Shown here in pieces: positions 9,937 through 20,235 of a DNA stretch of 64,000 nucleotides. Position numbers and translations under genes: made by a program. Source of the stretch: Candidatus Bathyarchaeota archaeon (GTDB lineage Archaea; Thermoproteota; Bathyarchaeia; Bathyarchaeales; Bathycorpusculaceae); contig CAWGZR010000006.1 of NCBI GenBank assembly GCA_963827165.1, positions 64,001 through 128,000 of the forward strand, given 5' to 3'. The notes beneath the pieces are model-generated. The model did no database searches, was not told the origin of the DNA, and saw nothing but the letters and a program-made list of their open reading frames with translations. The first letter of the stretch is position 1, and the number at the start of each line of letters is the position of its first letter.

Positions 9937-10995
9937 CTAGAAATGTAGCTTGGAAGCTACACGTTTGAAAATGCCAAAATAGAAACCGATTATTCTTGCC
10001 AAGGTGAACAAGACTACCAATGGATAATAAATAATTCGTCGGTCATGCACCTTTGTCCGTATCGCTGTAAACGTGAAATGACCCAAGAGTATCAATGCAA
10101 GAAGTAAAACAAACACAATCGGGGAGACAAACAACGTAACAAGTAAAACCAGAAATAGGATATTTGAAAGATAATAAGAAGCAAATAAAGATTCATGACG
10201 CGAATACTTTAGAGTTTTCCAAGACAGGAAGAAGGATACCATATTTGAGCTATTCCAAAATGCATGCTTCAACCCTTGCCTGTGATGCCAAACTAAGATG
10301 CTTGGATCACAACGCAGATTATATCCGTTTTCAACTAGGCGAATATGAAACTCCCAGTCTTCTCCTGACCGAAGCTTTTCATTTAAAGGACCAATTTTAT
10401 CAAAGATCGTTTTCCGGTAAGCAACGTTGCAACCCGCAATCTTTCCTACAGCTGAACGATCTAGAATAACAGTTCCCCCCATCTGTGATTCTAAAAATGA
10501 GCCTTCGACAAATCTTAAAGGATTGCTTTTGCTTTCGTCAGTAGGAGTTAGCTGCGCTCCGCCTAAGCACATCAACAATGGATACGCCTTGAAGGTTGAA
10601 TATATTTTACTCAGCCATTCAACGGGCGCTTCTGCGTCATCATCAATGAATACAACAATATCGGCTTTCGCATTCTTTACTCCCAAGTTCCTTGCTGCAC
10701 CCAACGTTCGACCGTTTTCTTTCAAAGTCAAAATGTTGTAATCTTCAAAAAGTTTGGTAAGACCAGCGGGGTAGATCGAATACACTAGGATCACCTCAAA
10801 CTGTTGGAATGTCTGATTTTGGAGGGATTTAATACATCGTTCCAGAAACACCGTTTTGTTTCCTTTGGTGGCTAGTACGACACTTAATAGAGGCGTAACA
10901 GCTTTTTTGGTAACTTCGTCAGGCATACACATTCGCTCTGCTTTTTGTAGGAATGTATTAGTTTCTTTGTACAACCGCAATTTAATCGTTTCCAA
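9937..10995 (-). CDS. GT2 family glycosyltransferase with C-terminal TM helices
   Basis: LSVVLAT, ARNLG, VFIDDD, GCNVAYR, GEDWEF; hydrophobic C-terminus. Confidence 0.92.
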   Translation of the reverse strand: METIKLRLYKETNTFLQKAERMCMPDEVTKKAVTPLLSVVLATKGNKTVFLERCIKSLQNQTFQQFEVILVYSIYPAGLTKLFEDYNILTLKENGRTLGAARNLGVKNAKADIVVFIDDDAEAPVEWLSKIYSTFKAYPLLMCLGGAQLTPTDESKSNPLRFVEGSFLESQMGGTVILDRSAVGKIAGCNVAYRKTIFDKIGPLNEKLRSGEDWEFHIRLVENGYNLRCDPSILVWHHRQGLKHAFWNSSNMVSFFLSWKTLKYSRHESLFASYYLSNILFLVLLVTLFVSPIVFVLLLALILLGHFTFTAIRTKVHDRRIIYYPLVVLFTLARIIGFYFGIFKRVASKLHF

Positions 10996-11131
10996 TTTAC
11001 TTTGCTAAGAAAAATTGTTGTTATTGTTTTTGTGTTGCACATAAAAGAAAGAATATTTGTGCGAAAAAACACTTATATATCATAACTTACGACATAATAT
11101 TCAACAATAGACCACCAAGGAACTCAAACAG

Positions 11132-11935
11132 TTGAAAAAAAGTAAATACTTTGCCATCATCTTGTGCGTCATATTATGCTACTCTGCGGTGCTTATAACA
11201 ACACGAGCACAAGTTTCAATTCAAGTCAACATATCATCGTCCGGAAGCATCGCGATATCCAAACCGAGCCCAAGCCCAACACCCTCACCGACCCCTAAGC
11301 CTTCTTCTACACCAACGCCGTCCCCAACACCAACGCCAACAGGTTCACCCAGCAACTTAGTTTGCATTAATGATGGGCAATGGTATGCAGATTCAACTTG
11401 GGGCTTAGCTCCCACCCTTAACGTCGCCCTGGACACATCTGCATCTGACGAATACCAAGGAAATCCCGTTTGGCTAATTACTTCAAACTCAGAAAACAGC
11501 GGCGTTGATCACTGCATCGACTCAATTGCACCCGGCGACACAATTTATTTCAGCTGTTGGATAAAAACTGGCTCAGCTACTCAATCGTCTGATGCGAATA
11601 ATCCGCAGGCAGGAGGTAGAATTGGTATTGACATGTATGGTTCAGGCGGTGACATTTGCGGTCTTTGCACTCCTGACGGAGTTGGAAACCCCACTAACAG
11701 TTATAATACTTATGTTGAATTTGGAAAAAGTACATACGCTCAAGTGACGATGCAATTTACTGTTCCAGCCACTTACACGTATGTGAACCAAGGACTAGAC
11801 ACGAGCTACAGCTCAGGTCAACAGGTTACTCCAACTTGGTGCATTCTATGGCTTCAAGTCTGGGGGCCAGGGTATACATCTGGTGAAACTGCAAAAGTTT
11901 GGTTTAGCGACCCCGTATTCACGGTAAATACATAA
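11132..11935 (+). CDS. Secreted protein with PT linker and CBM-like domain, paralog of the C-terminal domain of 7674..9389
   Basis: Signal peptide MKKSKYFAIILCVILCYSAV; PSPTP repeats; shared APGD.I.FSCWIKT and NPQAGG.IGIDMYG motifs. Confidence 0.82.
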   Translation: MKKSKYFAIILCVILCYSAVLITTRAQVSIQVNISSSGSIAISKPSPSPTPSPTPKPSSTPTPSPTPTPTGSPSNLVCINDGQWYADSTWGLAPTLNVALDTSASDEYQGNPVWLITSNSENSGVDHCIDSIAPGDTIYFSCWIKTGSATQSSDANNPQAGGRIGIDMYGSGGDICGLCTPDGVGNPTNSYNTYVEFGKSTYAQVTMQFTVPATYTYVNQGLDTSYSSGQQVTPTWCILWLQVWGPGYTSGETAKVWFSDPVFTVNT

Positions 11936-12063
11936 TTTTTTTAAAGCCTGTATGAAAGCTAAAATTAACAGCCCCGAGAAATTGTTTCAGTTTTTTGCTT
12001 GTCCTTCTAGAGCGCCTTTATCGGATAATTTTCGAGGCCTTTTAACTTGTAAAAATTATTGTA

Positions 12064-13620
12064 TCAATGACTTCTTATTTCGACAGAAGCCATACCGTTA
12101 TCATAAACTTTGTTTAAACTTTGATCTTGAATGACATTTTCCAAAGTAGTGTTGAGTGAAACGAACGATTGGCTTAGCTCCAGAGTATAAACCATTATGT
12201 AATCTTGGCTTACATAGGTCAAATCAGTATCAAAAAGTTCATAATTGGGTAATCTTGGGGATATATAGGTCGCTACCCTAAAACCCGCAACGATACGTGT
12301 TGATGTTTCCCAATTGTAATTATTAATCAAGTAATTTTCAGCTGTAAAGTCTGTTTTTGTTTGGTTCAGGATCTCAGAAGAAAATGACTGATGAATGGGA
12401 ATAAACACGAACAAAACAAGCAATATCATGAATATACCAATAAAGTATTTTCTTAACTTGGTTTCAAAAATAAAGGCTGTTCCTAGAGAAACTGGAATTA
12501 AAGCTATTGGAATTGCACGATAACCAAGAGTGTTAACAACTAACCCTAAAACTGTATAAGTCAAACCTGTCATGAGAATGGCTTTGTCAAGAAAAGTCAA
12601 TCTTTTTTTAATAAGTAGAAAAATGAAACCTGAAACGCAAGTGAGAACAAATACAACCGTTATAGTTCTCGAAAAAAATTGAGCTAAGACATCCGTGGGA
12701 ACTAGAACGGGTGCAAAAGTCCCTCGTGCTATTTGAGAAAAGGTCTGGGATGTAGCAAACACGTAAGAGATGTTTTGGAAAAGCGAAACTCGCGCAAGCG
12801 ATAACTGCACCATGAGATAACTAATTACAGAAAATAGAAGCAGAGTGCCAACGTAGCCGTATAATCGACTTCTATCAATAATACTCCGAATAAGCAGATA
12901 AATAATAAAAAATAAGGGGACAAAAGCATGAGTTAAAAGAAGACTGGCATACAGCAGCATTTGAGTTACTAATATGGTTGCACTTTTCTGGCGAGTTTCT
13001 AACATCAGAATAAGAAAAAAAATTGCAAAAGCGAGGGAAAAGGGTGCAGCTTGATAATCTATGAAGTAATAAATCGAAACCCAAAAAGCTACAACTGCAA
13101 AGAAAGCGCCATTCTTGTATCTGCTGTGAAGGTAAACGTACAAACTAGTTGTTATTAGAAAACCAAAAAGGCTAAACAGGATGAATTCGAAATCCGATAG
13201 AGATATCCCGCTTAATGACGTCCCAATGTAATTCAAAAGGAAAAAAGAAGGCCACTGGTAATACACATGGTTTGATTGTGAAGCATTCAAATTCTTTGTT
13301 GCTGCAAGATATTCACCAAACGCCCTAAAATATTCGGAATCAGGAGTTGGGAGATTCGTATAGAAATAGAAAAGTGAATAGAAGGTCAGTACAATGCCAA
13401 CAGCCAATAACCATTTCAGAATACTACTCTTTGTTGTTACTGCTATAAGAAACATAGAGCACAACAATAAAGGCAGACTAATCCAGTACAAGAAGTTCAC
13501 ATGGTTAAAAACGACGTCTGATGCAGAATTAGTTGAAAGAGGATAGCTTAGCCACCACGAATAAATCATGAGCGATAGGCCCACAAAAAAGGGAATAAGC
13601 AGCAGCCTATTTTTTTCCAA
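12064..13620 (-). CDS. Polytopic membrane protein, candidate polysaccharide polymerase or GT-C enzyme
   Basis: More than ten hydrophobic segments, loop PTPDSEYFR...YYQWP, soluble C-terminus ending NKVYDNG; glycan cluster context. Confidence 0.6.
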   Translation of the reverse strand: MEKNRLLLIPFFVGLSLMIYSWWLSYPLSTNSASDVVFNHVNFLYWISLPLLLCSMFLIAVTTKSSILKWLLAVGIVLTFYSLFYFYTNLPTPDSEYFRAFGEYLAATKNLNASQSNHVYYQWPSFFLLNYIGTSLSGISLSDFEFILFSLFGFLITTSLYVYLHSRYKNGAFFAVVAFWVSIYYFIDYQAAPFSLAFAIFFLILMLETRQKSATILVTQMLLYASLLLTHAFVPLFFIIYLLIRSIIDRSRLYGYVGTLLLFSVISYLMVQLSLARVSLFQNISYVFATSQTFSQIARGTFAPVLVPTDVLAQFFSRTITVVFVLTCVSGFIFLLIKKRLTFLDKAILMTGLTYTVLGLVVNTLGYRAIPIALIPVSLGTAFIFETKLRKYFIGIFMILLVLFVFIPIHQSFSSEILNQTKTDFTAENYLINNYNWETSTRIVAGFRVATYISPRLPNYELFDTDLTYVSQDYIMVYTLELSQSFVSLNTTLENVIQDQSLNKVYDNGMASVEIRSH

Positions 13621-13728
13621 TCTTTATTGGCACTTCCGTTTTTATTAGCATATTCAAACAAGGATAAATCGTGTTAATAGAATTATTTAGTGCGTCTATT
13701 GAACGAAAAAATATAGATAATAGAGGGT

Positions 13729-14448
13729 TTACCGTTGGGAGGTAATTTTTTCTTTAGGAATTCCAGCTGCAACTAGAAACTCTTGAAATGATTTGTAGAA
13801 TGGTTCTGAGGCTAAAAAATTCGAATAAGCAGATCCCAGCTGACTCTTAATAGGCAGATCGCCTCGATTGTAAGTTCTTTCAAGGAAAATTGGAAATTCT
13901 TCCAAGAAATCGGCAATCTGCGGGATTTTTTTTGTTTTACGATATAATTCTAAAGCATATGCTTTTGCTTCTTCAACATAGACAGCTTTTCTTTTTTTAT
14001 AATACTCTTCGAGAGTCATAATCACCTTACAAGGATTACCTACTGCAACGCAATTTGAAGGAATATCGTGAGTGACTACGGAACCAGCACCTATAATCGT
14101 ATTTTTTCCTATTCTCACGCCCTTCAATATTACGGTGTTAACCCCAACAAACACATTTTCTTCCAAAACTACTTTTCCAGAACAACAAAGCATTTCCCCA
14201 AATTTCTCGCGTAAGACGGCCCAATCATAACTATGCGTTAAAAGAACTACGCCATCAGCTAGAATGCAGTTTCGTCCTATTTCGACTAAACAAGGTCGTC
14301 TATTATAATCAATGGATACATGTCCAAAAAACGCTGTGCCCTCTCCAATGATAACGCCTTTCTTTCTCAGAAACGTAATATATAATCTCGGATCAGACAT
14401 ACAAATTTTTTGAAGAATTGTCGATATTAATCTGGAAACTGTATACAT
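13729..14448 (-). CDS. LbH (hexapeptide repeat) acyltransferase
   Basis: LLTHSYD, VFVGVNTVILKGVRIGKNTIIGAGSVVTHDIP, GNPCK. Confidence 0.9.
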   Translation of the reverse strand: MYTVSRLISTILQKICMSDPRLYITFLRKKGVIIGEGTAFFGHVSIDYNRRPCLVEIGRNCILADGVVLLTHSYDWAVLREKFGEMLCCSGKVVLEENVFVGVNTVILKGVRIGKNTIIGAGSVVTHDIPSNCVAVGNPCKVIMTLEEYYKKRKAVYVEEAKAYALELYRKTKKIPQIADFLEEFPIFLERTYNRGDLPIKSQLGSAYSNFLASEPFYKSFQEFLVAAGIPKEKITSQR

Positions 14449-14673
14449 GCCTTTTCGCCTGTAAGCTTATTCCTCAAATTTAAATTAATGACCACCAAGA
14501 TAATATTGGTTCTTTCTAAGTGCTAATCACAAATATATTATTAATGAATTACAGCGTGAAAGTGGAAAGAGGTTGAAGATTTGATTTTATGAATTTAGGT
14601 GCAAGTGGCATTAGCATAGCCAGTGCGTTATTAGCATCAGCACGTCCTATTGCATTTAGTCACAGATAACGCG

Positions 14674-15888
14674 TTAGCATGCGTGATTTAGAAGATTTCG
14701 AATAATCCGCAAGTAATTCTCAGTGTAAGCTTTCGGAGAAAAGTTTTTTTCAAAAACATTTTTTATTTTCTGCGGCGACAGGTCTTTTTTCGAAAAATGC
14801 AACAAAATATCTTTAAGTTCAGTCCAATCATTAAAAATCAAATTCGGATCGACTTTTTCGATGATTTCAGGCAGTCCGCCTTGATTTGAACTAATCACAG
14901 GAGTGCCAACGGAGAGTGCTTCTAAGGCGACTAAAGGAGCGTTTTCCGGCCAGATGGACGGAATTATTACAGCTAATGCATTTGCATATAGCGAATATTT
15001 GGTCATATTGTCGACAAAGCCTAAAAATAAAATAGAGTCGCTTAGCGAATTCTCCTCAATGTAATCACGGATATAAGGGCTAAGGCTTCCCCCACCTGCA
15101 ACCACTAGTTTAGCATTAAGATTGTGCCTTTGTTCCTTAAACAGTTCTATAAGATTCAGAATGCCTTTATGCTTTTCTAACATGCCCAGAAACAAAAAAT
15201 AATTTTCGTATCTGGAAGAGGGAATATTGTCAGGTGGGTGTGGCACGAAATTAGGCAATGTGACACTTGGCACATCAATCTCTTGTACCAACCGCTTTCG
15301 AACATACTCACTGGGTGATATAAGAAGATCAATGTTCCGAACCGCCATCTTGAAGTTTCGACATGAACGCCAGATTTGAGGAATTCGGTTAGATTTAAGA
15401 GAACATGAAGAACAACTTTTTACGTTGCAAATCTCTTCCTGGTTCTTAAAGAGATTATTTGTCGGGCAGATTAACCAGTAATCGTGAGCAGTATATAAAG
15501 AAAGATAGTCTGATCTTTTTCTGAGGAGGTCATACCCCATGAGAGAAATATTGTGGTGATGAACTACATTTGGACGAACGTCCTTTAAAATTTGCGAAAA
15601 TTTGGCATCAACCCACAAGGAATTGCCAACAGTGTAAATCAATAAAGGATCCAAAGTGCCTAAAGGAGATTTGATAGCATGAACAAAGACGTTTTCTTGG
15701 CGAGAAACCACCTTGTTAGGCTGAATTTTACCCCGCTTTACCTTGTACGCATCCAAGCTATGTATTATATGAACTTCATGACCACGATCTGCCAGTTCTT
15801 TAGACAGGTACTCGACATGAGTCGCATCTCCACCAATATGATAAGGCGGATAGAAACTTGAAGAAAACAGAAATTTTAGATGCTCCAT
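14674..15888 (-). CDS. GT4 family glycosyltransferase
   Basis: YPPYHIGG, HHHN, TAHDYWLICP, PSIWPENAPLVALEALSVG. Confidence 0.93.
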   Translation of the reverse strand: MEHLKFLFSSSFYPPYHIGGDATHVEYLSKELADRGHEVHIIHSLDAYKVKRGKIQPNKVVSRQENVFVHAIKSPLGTLDPLLIYTVGNSLWVDAKFSQILKDVRPNVVHHHNISLMGYDLLRKRSDYLSLYTAHDYWLICPTNNLFKNQEEICNVKSCSSCSLKSNRIPQIWRSCRNFKMAVRNIDLLISPSEYVRKRLVQEIDVPSVTLPNFVPHPPDNIPSSRYENYFLFLGMLEKHKGILNLIELFKEQRHNLNAKLVVAGGGSLSPYIRDYIEENSLSDSILFLGFVDNMTKYSLYANALAVIIPSIWPENAPLVALEALSVGTPVISSNQGGLPEIIEKVDPNLIFNDWTELKDILLHFSKKDLSPQKIKNVFEKNFSPKAYTENYLRIIRNLLNHAC

Positions 15889-16113
15889 CGGACAGCCTCT
15901 TCACTGAAATAGTTAAGTTAATCACGTTTCTAAAAAATGTTTGAAGACTAAAAAATAAATCGAAAATTATGGCTAACGAAGCCCAACGTTGGGTGAATAG
16001 TTGTTTCCGCTAAAACTCGAAATTTCCAGGTTAAAATACTTTTACCTTTCTGCATGTTCACGTTTCGGCTTCTTGCTTTTTTGATGTTTTGTGTTTTTGT
16101 ATTCTAAATTACG

Positions 16114-16638
16114 TTAATAGTTATATCCTGTGGTATTGCGTAATTTTTTAGCTGGGTTTCCTGCAACTATTGTGTTGGGTTCAACGTCTTTAGTTACTAT
16201 TGATCCTGCACCGACAACCGAGTTATCTCCAATTGTTACACCTTTAAGAATCATTGCTCTCATGCCAATCCATACATGGTTTCCAATCTTGATTGATTTG
16301 CTTACTGCTGGGTTTCCGTCTAATCCGTAACCGTCATGGTCTATAAGCAGAGCTTGAGCGCTTACTACGACATCATTTCCGAGCTCTATGCTGCTTGTGC
16401 AAGTAATTGTTGACATTCGAAAGTATGTATGGCTACCAATCTTTATTGTTCCTCCGTTGAAAGCAAATAGTTTTGATTCGTTTTCAATTATTACTCCGTC
16501 ACCAACAATAATTTTTCCTTCGTTGATTACTTTAATTTTACCAGTAACTAACAGTCTACCTTCTACAGTCGTAAATTTCCTTTTGTAGAATGGAGTTATA
16601 ACTCGTCTTTGAAACAAAGAAGCTATTTCTTTTTTCAT
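16114..16638 (-). CDS. LbH acetyltransferase (MAT-like)
   Basis: IGNHVWIGMRAMILKGVTIGDNSVVGAGSIVTKDV, AGNPAK. Confidence 0.9.
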   Translation of the reverse strand: MKKEIASLFQRRVITPFYKRKFTTVEGRLLVTGKIKVINEGKIIVGDGVIIENESKLFAFNGGTIKIGSHTYFRMSTITCTSSIELGNDVVVSAQALLIDHDGYGLDGNPAVSKSIKIGNHVWIGMRAMILKGVTIGDNSVVGAGSIVTKDVEPNTIVAGNPAKKLRNTTGYNY

Positions 16639-16681
16639 GCTTCCAGTTTCACCTTTTTATGTTCATTTTTTTCAATTATTT

Positions 16682-17809
16682 TCACTGACCATGCTGTGCC
16701 CAAATAAGCGAGGCATATATTTTCTCAATCGTATCTGTTATCTTATTCCAATCATAATACTTCTCGACTCGGTCTATCGTCTTTCTTTCCATTTTATCAA
16801 CTGTCTCTGGATTTGCGAGAAGAAATTGGAGTTTTTCTTTTAGATCCTCCGAATCTCCATGTTTGAATGAAAAACCAGCATCGCCGATAGTTTCCAGATT
16901 TTCTGGAATGTCACTTACAAGTACACATTTGCCCAAAGCCATTGCTGTGAGCAAGGCAGGGGATGTGCCCTCAAGTTCAGAAGGGGTGACATAAAGGTAG
17001 GCACCTTTGCACAAATTCTCATAATCCTTTCCATATACGTACCCTAAAAACTTGGTATTTTTATTAGCGTTTTTTCTTAGAAGCCGCTCGTATTCCTTAT
17101 TATACGGGTCACCTCCAACGATAACCAATTCGAAATCCGTTTCGATTTTCTTAAAAGCCTCAACCAAATAATGAACGCCTTTCTCGTGCACTAACCTGCC
17201 TACAAAAAGGATGTATTTCTTATTTTTGAGGTTTTTACTGTCGAGAATTGTTTTATCAGGTTCTGATAGATCAATATTGGCCCCATAAGGGACATAAATT
17301 GGGGGCTTGCCGAAGTTCTTACAGTACCAAGCTTGTACTACTTTTGAGTCGACAATTGTGACATTAGGCAAATATAACGCATAACGAGCTGTAATACGTA
17401 GGATTTTTCTTACCCACAATGGATAACTCTTTCTATTCCAAACTAGACCATCAAGAGTAATTACCGTTTTTGAGGAAAACATCCTTGGAATAAGTGCAAA
17501 GGGCCAAGCATCAGAACCAAAAAGATGAACAACATCAAAATCCCTGTGTAATGTGTCAAAAGTAGAAACAAATGCGCGGAAAGGAAAATCCAGAAATTTG
17601 CTTTTTAGACAGCGGACATACAACAACTGCACACCTTTGTATGATCTCATCTGTGGTTTTAAATCCCTATATCCGCAGTATACAGTTACTTCATGCCCTT
17701 TTTTAGCAAGTCTAGTAGCAACTTCCTCGACACAGGTTTCAAATCCCCCATAGCGAGCGGGAATACCCATTGTTCCCGCAAAAGCGATTTTCAAAATAAT
17801 CAACACCAA
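16682..17809 (-). CDS. GT4 family glycosyltransferase (RgpA/DUF1972-like, possible rhamnosyltransferase)
   Basis: GTMGIPARYGGFET, DGLVWNR, YGA, VGRLVHEKG, EGTSPALLTAMALG; adjacent to rfbD. Confidence 0.88.
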   Translation of the reverse strand: MVLIILKIAFAGTMGIPARYGGFETCVEEVATRLAKKGHEVTVYCGYRDLKPQMRSYKGVQLLYVRCLKSKFLDFPFRAFVSTFDTLHRDFDVVHLFGSDAWPFALIPRMFSSKTVITLDGLVWNRKSYPLWVRKILRITARYALYLPNVTIVDSKVVQAWYCKNFGKPPIYVPYGANIDLSEPDKTILDSKNLKNKKYILFVGRLVHEKGVHYLVEAFKKIETDFELVIVGGDPYNKEYERLLRKNANKNTKFLGYVYGKDYENLCKGAYLYVTPSELEGTSPALLTAMALGKCVLVSDIPENLETIGDAGFSFKHGDSEDLKEKLQFLLANPETVDKMERKTIDRVEKYYDWNKITDTIEKIYASLIWAQHGQ

Positions 17810-18034
17810 AATCCAAGATTTCCGATATCAGAGTTTGTGGCCAAAAGCTCGCTTTTTCGTTAACAGTTTAAGTAATTTTCAATAGCGTATTTACGCGTAC
17901 CTATAGATCCTTCTTTCATTAAATCCAAACAGCAATTCAAAGTGGCATTTTATATCAAAGGGTTTGGAATTGAGTTACTTTACTATATAGCGAGCAAGCT
18001 CAGTTTTTGCATTTGGCAATTATGCTTCGGACGT

Positions 18035-18919
18035 TCATGATTGTTTCCAAAAAGTGTCAATGTATTCTTTTAAAGCGTCTTCCCAATGTCTGGTCGAATC
18101 TAGCCCAAGCAATTCAAGCTTGTAGTTCCTAGACATTTCAGACCTAGCTCTAGGTGCAGGTAAAGGGAAATACGCCGAGCTAACAGGTTCTATTGCTACA
18201 TCTTTTCTTCCCATGAACTCAACAATTTTCTTTGCAACATCAAACCTCGATCCAACACCTTTGTTCGTACAATGGTAGAGTCCATAGAAACCAGTTTCAA
18301 TCAGGTCAGCCATGCATCTACAAAAGTCATAAGTGTATGTGGGACTACCAATCTTATCATTGACCGCTTTCAGCGTCTTTGTTTCATTTATTTGCCTGAT
18401 GATTTTTCCAATAAACTTCTTATCCTTTTTCGGTCCGCCGCCGACCATCCAACCGGCGCGCATGATATAGAATTTTTGCAAAAGGATTTCCACAATTTTT
18501 TCGCCCTCAAGCTTGCTTCTGCCGTACACGTTAATTGGATTTGGTTCATCAAACTCAGTGTACGGTTCAGGTTTATCTCCCCAGAATACACCTAAGGTAC
18601 TAATGTATACCATCTCGACGTTCCGTTTTTGACATACCAAGGCAACATTCTGAGTGCCAATAGTATTAGTGAGAAAAGCGTGATCAGGTTCGACTTCGCA
18701 TCGGTCTACATCTGTTTCGGCTGCTAAGTGCATTACCATATTGGGCTCAACTTTTTCAACCATTTCTTTTATATCATTGAAATTTCGTACATCTAATTTT
18801 TTGCTTCCTTCGTTTGATGGAGCGAGATCAGTAGCTATAACAGTGTATCCTTTCTTCTTAAGCGTAGGGCATAATGCGCTACCGAGCATTCCATCAGCGC
18901 CGGTTATAAGTACTTTCAT
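18035..18919 (-). CDS. rfbD: dTDP-4-dehydrorhamnose reductase
   Basis: ITGADGMLG, HLAAETDVDRCE, YGRSKLEGE, VNDKIGSPT, GLYH, PAPR. Confidence 0.9.
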   Translation of the reverse strand: MKVLITGADGMLGSALCPTLKKKGYTVIATDLAPSNEGSKKLDVRNFNDIKEMVEKVEPNMVMHLAAETDVDRCEVEPDHAFLTNTIGTQNVALVCQKRNVEMVYISTLGVFWGDKPEPYTEFDEPNPINVYGRSKLEGEKIVEILLQKFYIMRAGWMVGGGPKKDKKFIGKIIRQINETKTLKAVNDKIGSPTYTYDFCRCMADLIETGFYGLYHCTNKGVGSRFDVAKKIVEFMGRKDVAIEPVSSAYFPLPAPRARSEMSRNYKLELLGLDSTRHWEDALKEYIDTFWKQS

Positions 18920-19251
18920 TTTAGGTCACCATTAAATGTGTGTGAGTTTTCCTTCTCATACATGCTTTGATTAATACTCAAAACACCATTCATAGATAAC
19001 TCTTAAGCTTTTCTGGAAGAACTATGCAATACTCAATAGTTCAACAGAAATACTCTGATTGAAAAATCTAAATTCCAACAGCTTTGAGCGCGCACGTCCG
19101 CCGCACTTAATATTTCCCCACTATCGCAACATGGAATTAATCGTTTCGAAAATACACCAAATTTATGCTTTGAAAAGTAGACTCAACGTCTGCTAAACAC
19201 CTAAAATCCTTCGATTCGTACGCCTTAAGAAAATGACGTAATTTTTTCGGG

Positions 19252-19866
19252 TTATGCTCTGAGCACGGCTACTGTGGCAAAAGTGACTGTTAATCCTAGC
19301 AAACTGAGAGTAATGGGAACTATTCCAAGTCCGTATGAAGTATAATAAAAGACTAAGCCAACCATAGGAACAAGGGCTAGGCTTAAACCGAAACTTAGGG
19401 CTATTCGTACGATGATGTCTATGTCTTTGCTGCTGGTAGACAAAGGTAATTTTGAAGGAAAAAGCATTTTTATAAAGGCGAAACCGGGCAGAAACAATGT
19501 TAAAACTAAACCCAATATCGAGCGGACATACACAACTGGATACGCGTTATCTGGTACGGCTAACACCGATACTGCAGTTGCAAGTGCCAAAAAAACTGTA
19601 ATCCAATACCAAACTTTTTGTTTTGAGGAAAAATTGGCCGTGAGAGGTGAAGCAACCACTGTTTCGTTTTTGGCAAAGTTCACTTTATTTTCTCGCTCAA
19701 GTTGAATCAACACTTTGGTTAATTCTTTTTTGGACAAAGGGGTTTTTTCTTTAACAAGCTCGATTAATTGTTGAGTAGTTTCTGGCGACTGTTTTTCAAT
19801 AGTTTCAAGTATAATTTGTCTTGATAATTCTATTGCCTGATCACTATGAACTTGCGCTTCAGTCAT
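19252..19866 (-). CDS. DUF1616 membrane half with N-terminal winged-helix-like domain
   Basis: RSILGLVLTLFLPGFAFIKMLFP and RIALSFGLSLALVP match the DUF1616 TM region as I recall it; N-terminal helix pattern ends LERENKVNF. Confidence 0.7.
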   Translation of the reverse strand: MTEAQVHSDQAIELSRQIILETIEKQSPETTQQLIELVKEKTPLSKKELTKVLIQLERENKVNFAKNETVVASPLTANFSSKQKVWYWITVFLALATAVSVLAVPDNAYPVVYVRSILGLVLTLFLPGFAFIKMLFPSKLPLSTSSKDIDIIVRIALSFGLSLALVPMVGLVFYYTSYGLGIVPITLSLLGLTVTFATVAVLRA

Positions 19867-20235
19867 CGCGAGACCGCCTTCAAAAGCCTAGTTTTTCTAA
19901 ATTTAAGCACGGACAATACACCAATTACATCGATTGACAATTTATAAAAATAATTTGCCGCACCTACGAAAAATAGTAAAAGATTCCATTTGCACTATAC
20001 GAAAGACCAACAAAACCCAGATTTAGCAAGCAACGACCCCGGAATAAAGAAAAAAAGAGTCACAAAAAAAGCATTTCAATAATTCGGAAAAGAATCTTCA
20101 ACGAGTTTTCTCTGCATCGAGTTTGCATTCAAACATATTCTTCGGATCTGCACACATTGAACTAAGATATGAATAAAGATGAACCGTCAACATAGATTAT
20201 TTCAAGTGCTATATCTTCCAGAAAAACAACGATTT

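Noticed and set aside
11262-11345. PSPTP repeat as a DNA repeat element
   Set aside because: Ordinary Pro/Thr linker with diverged codons.
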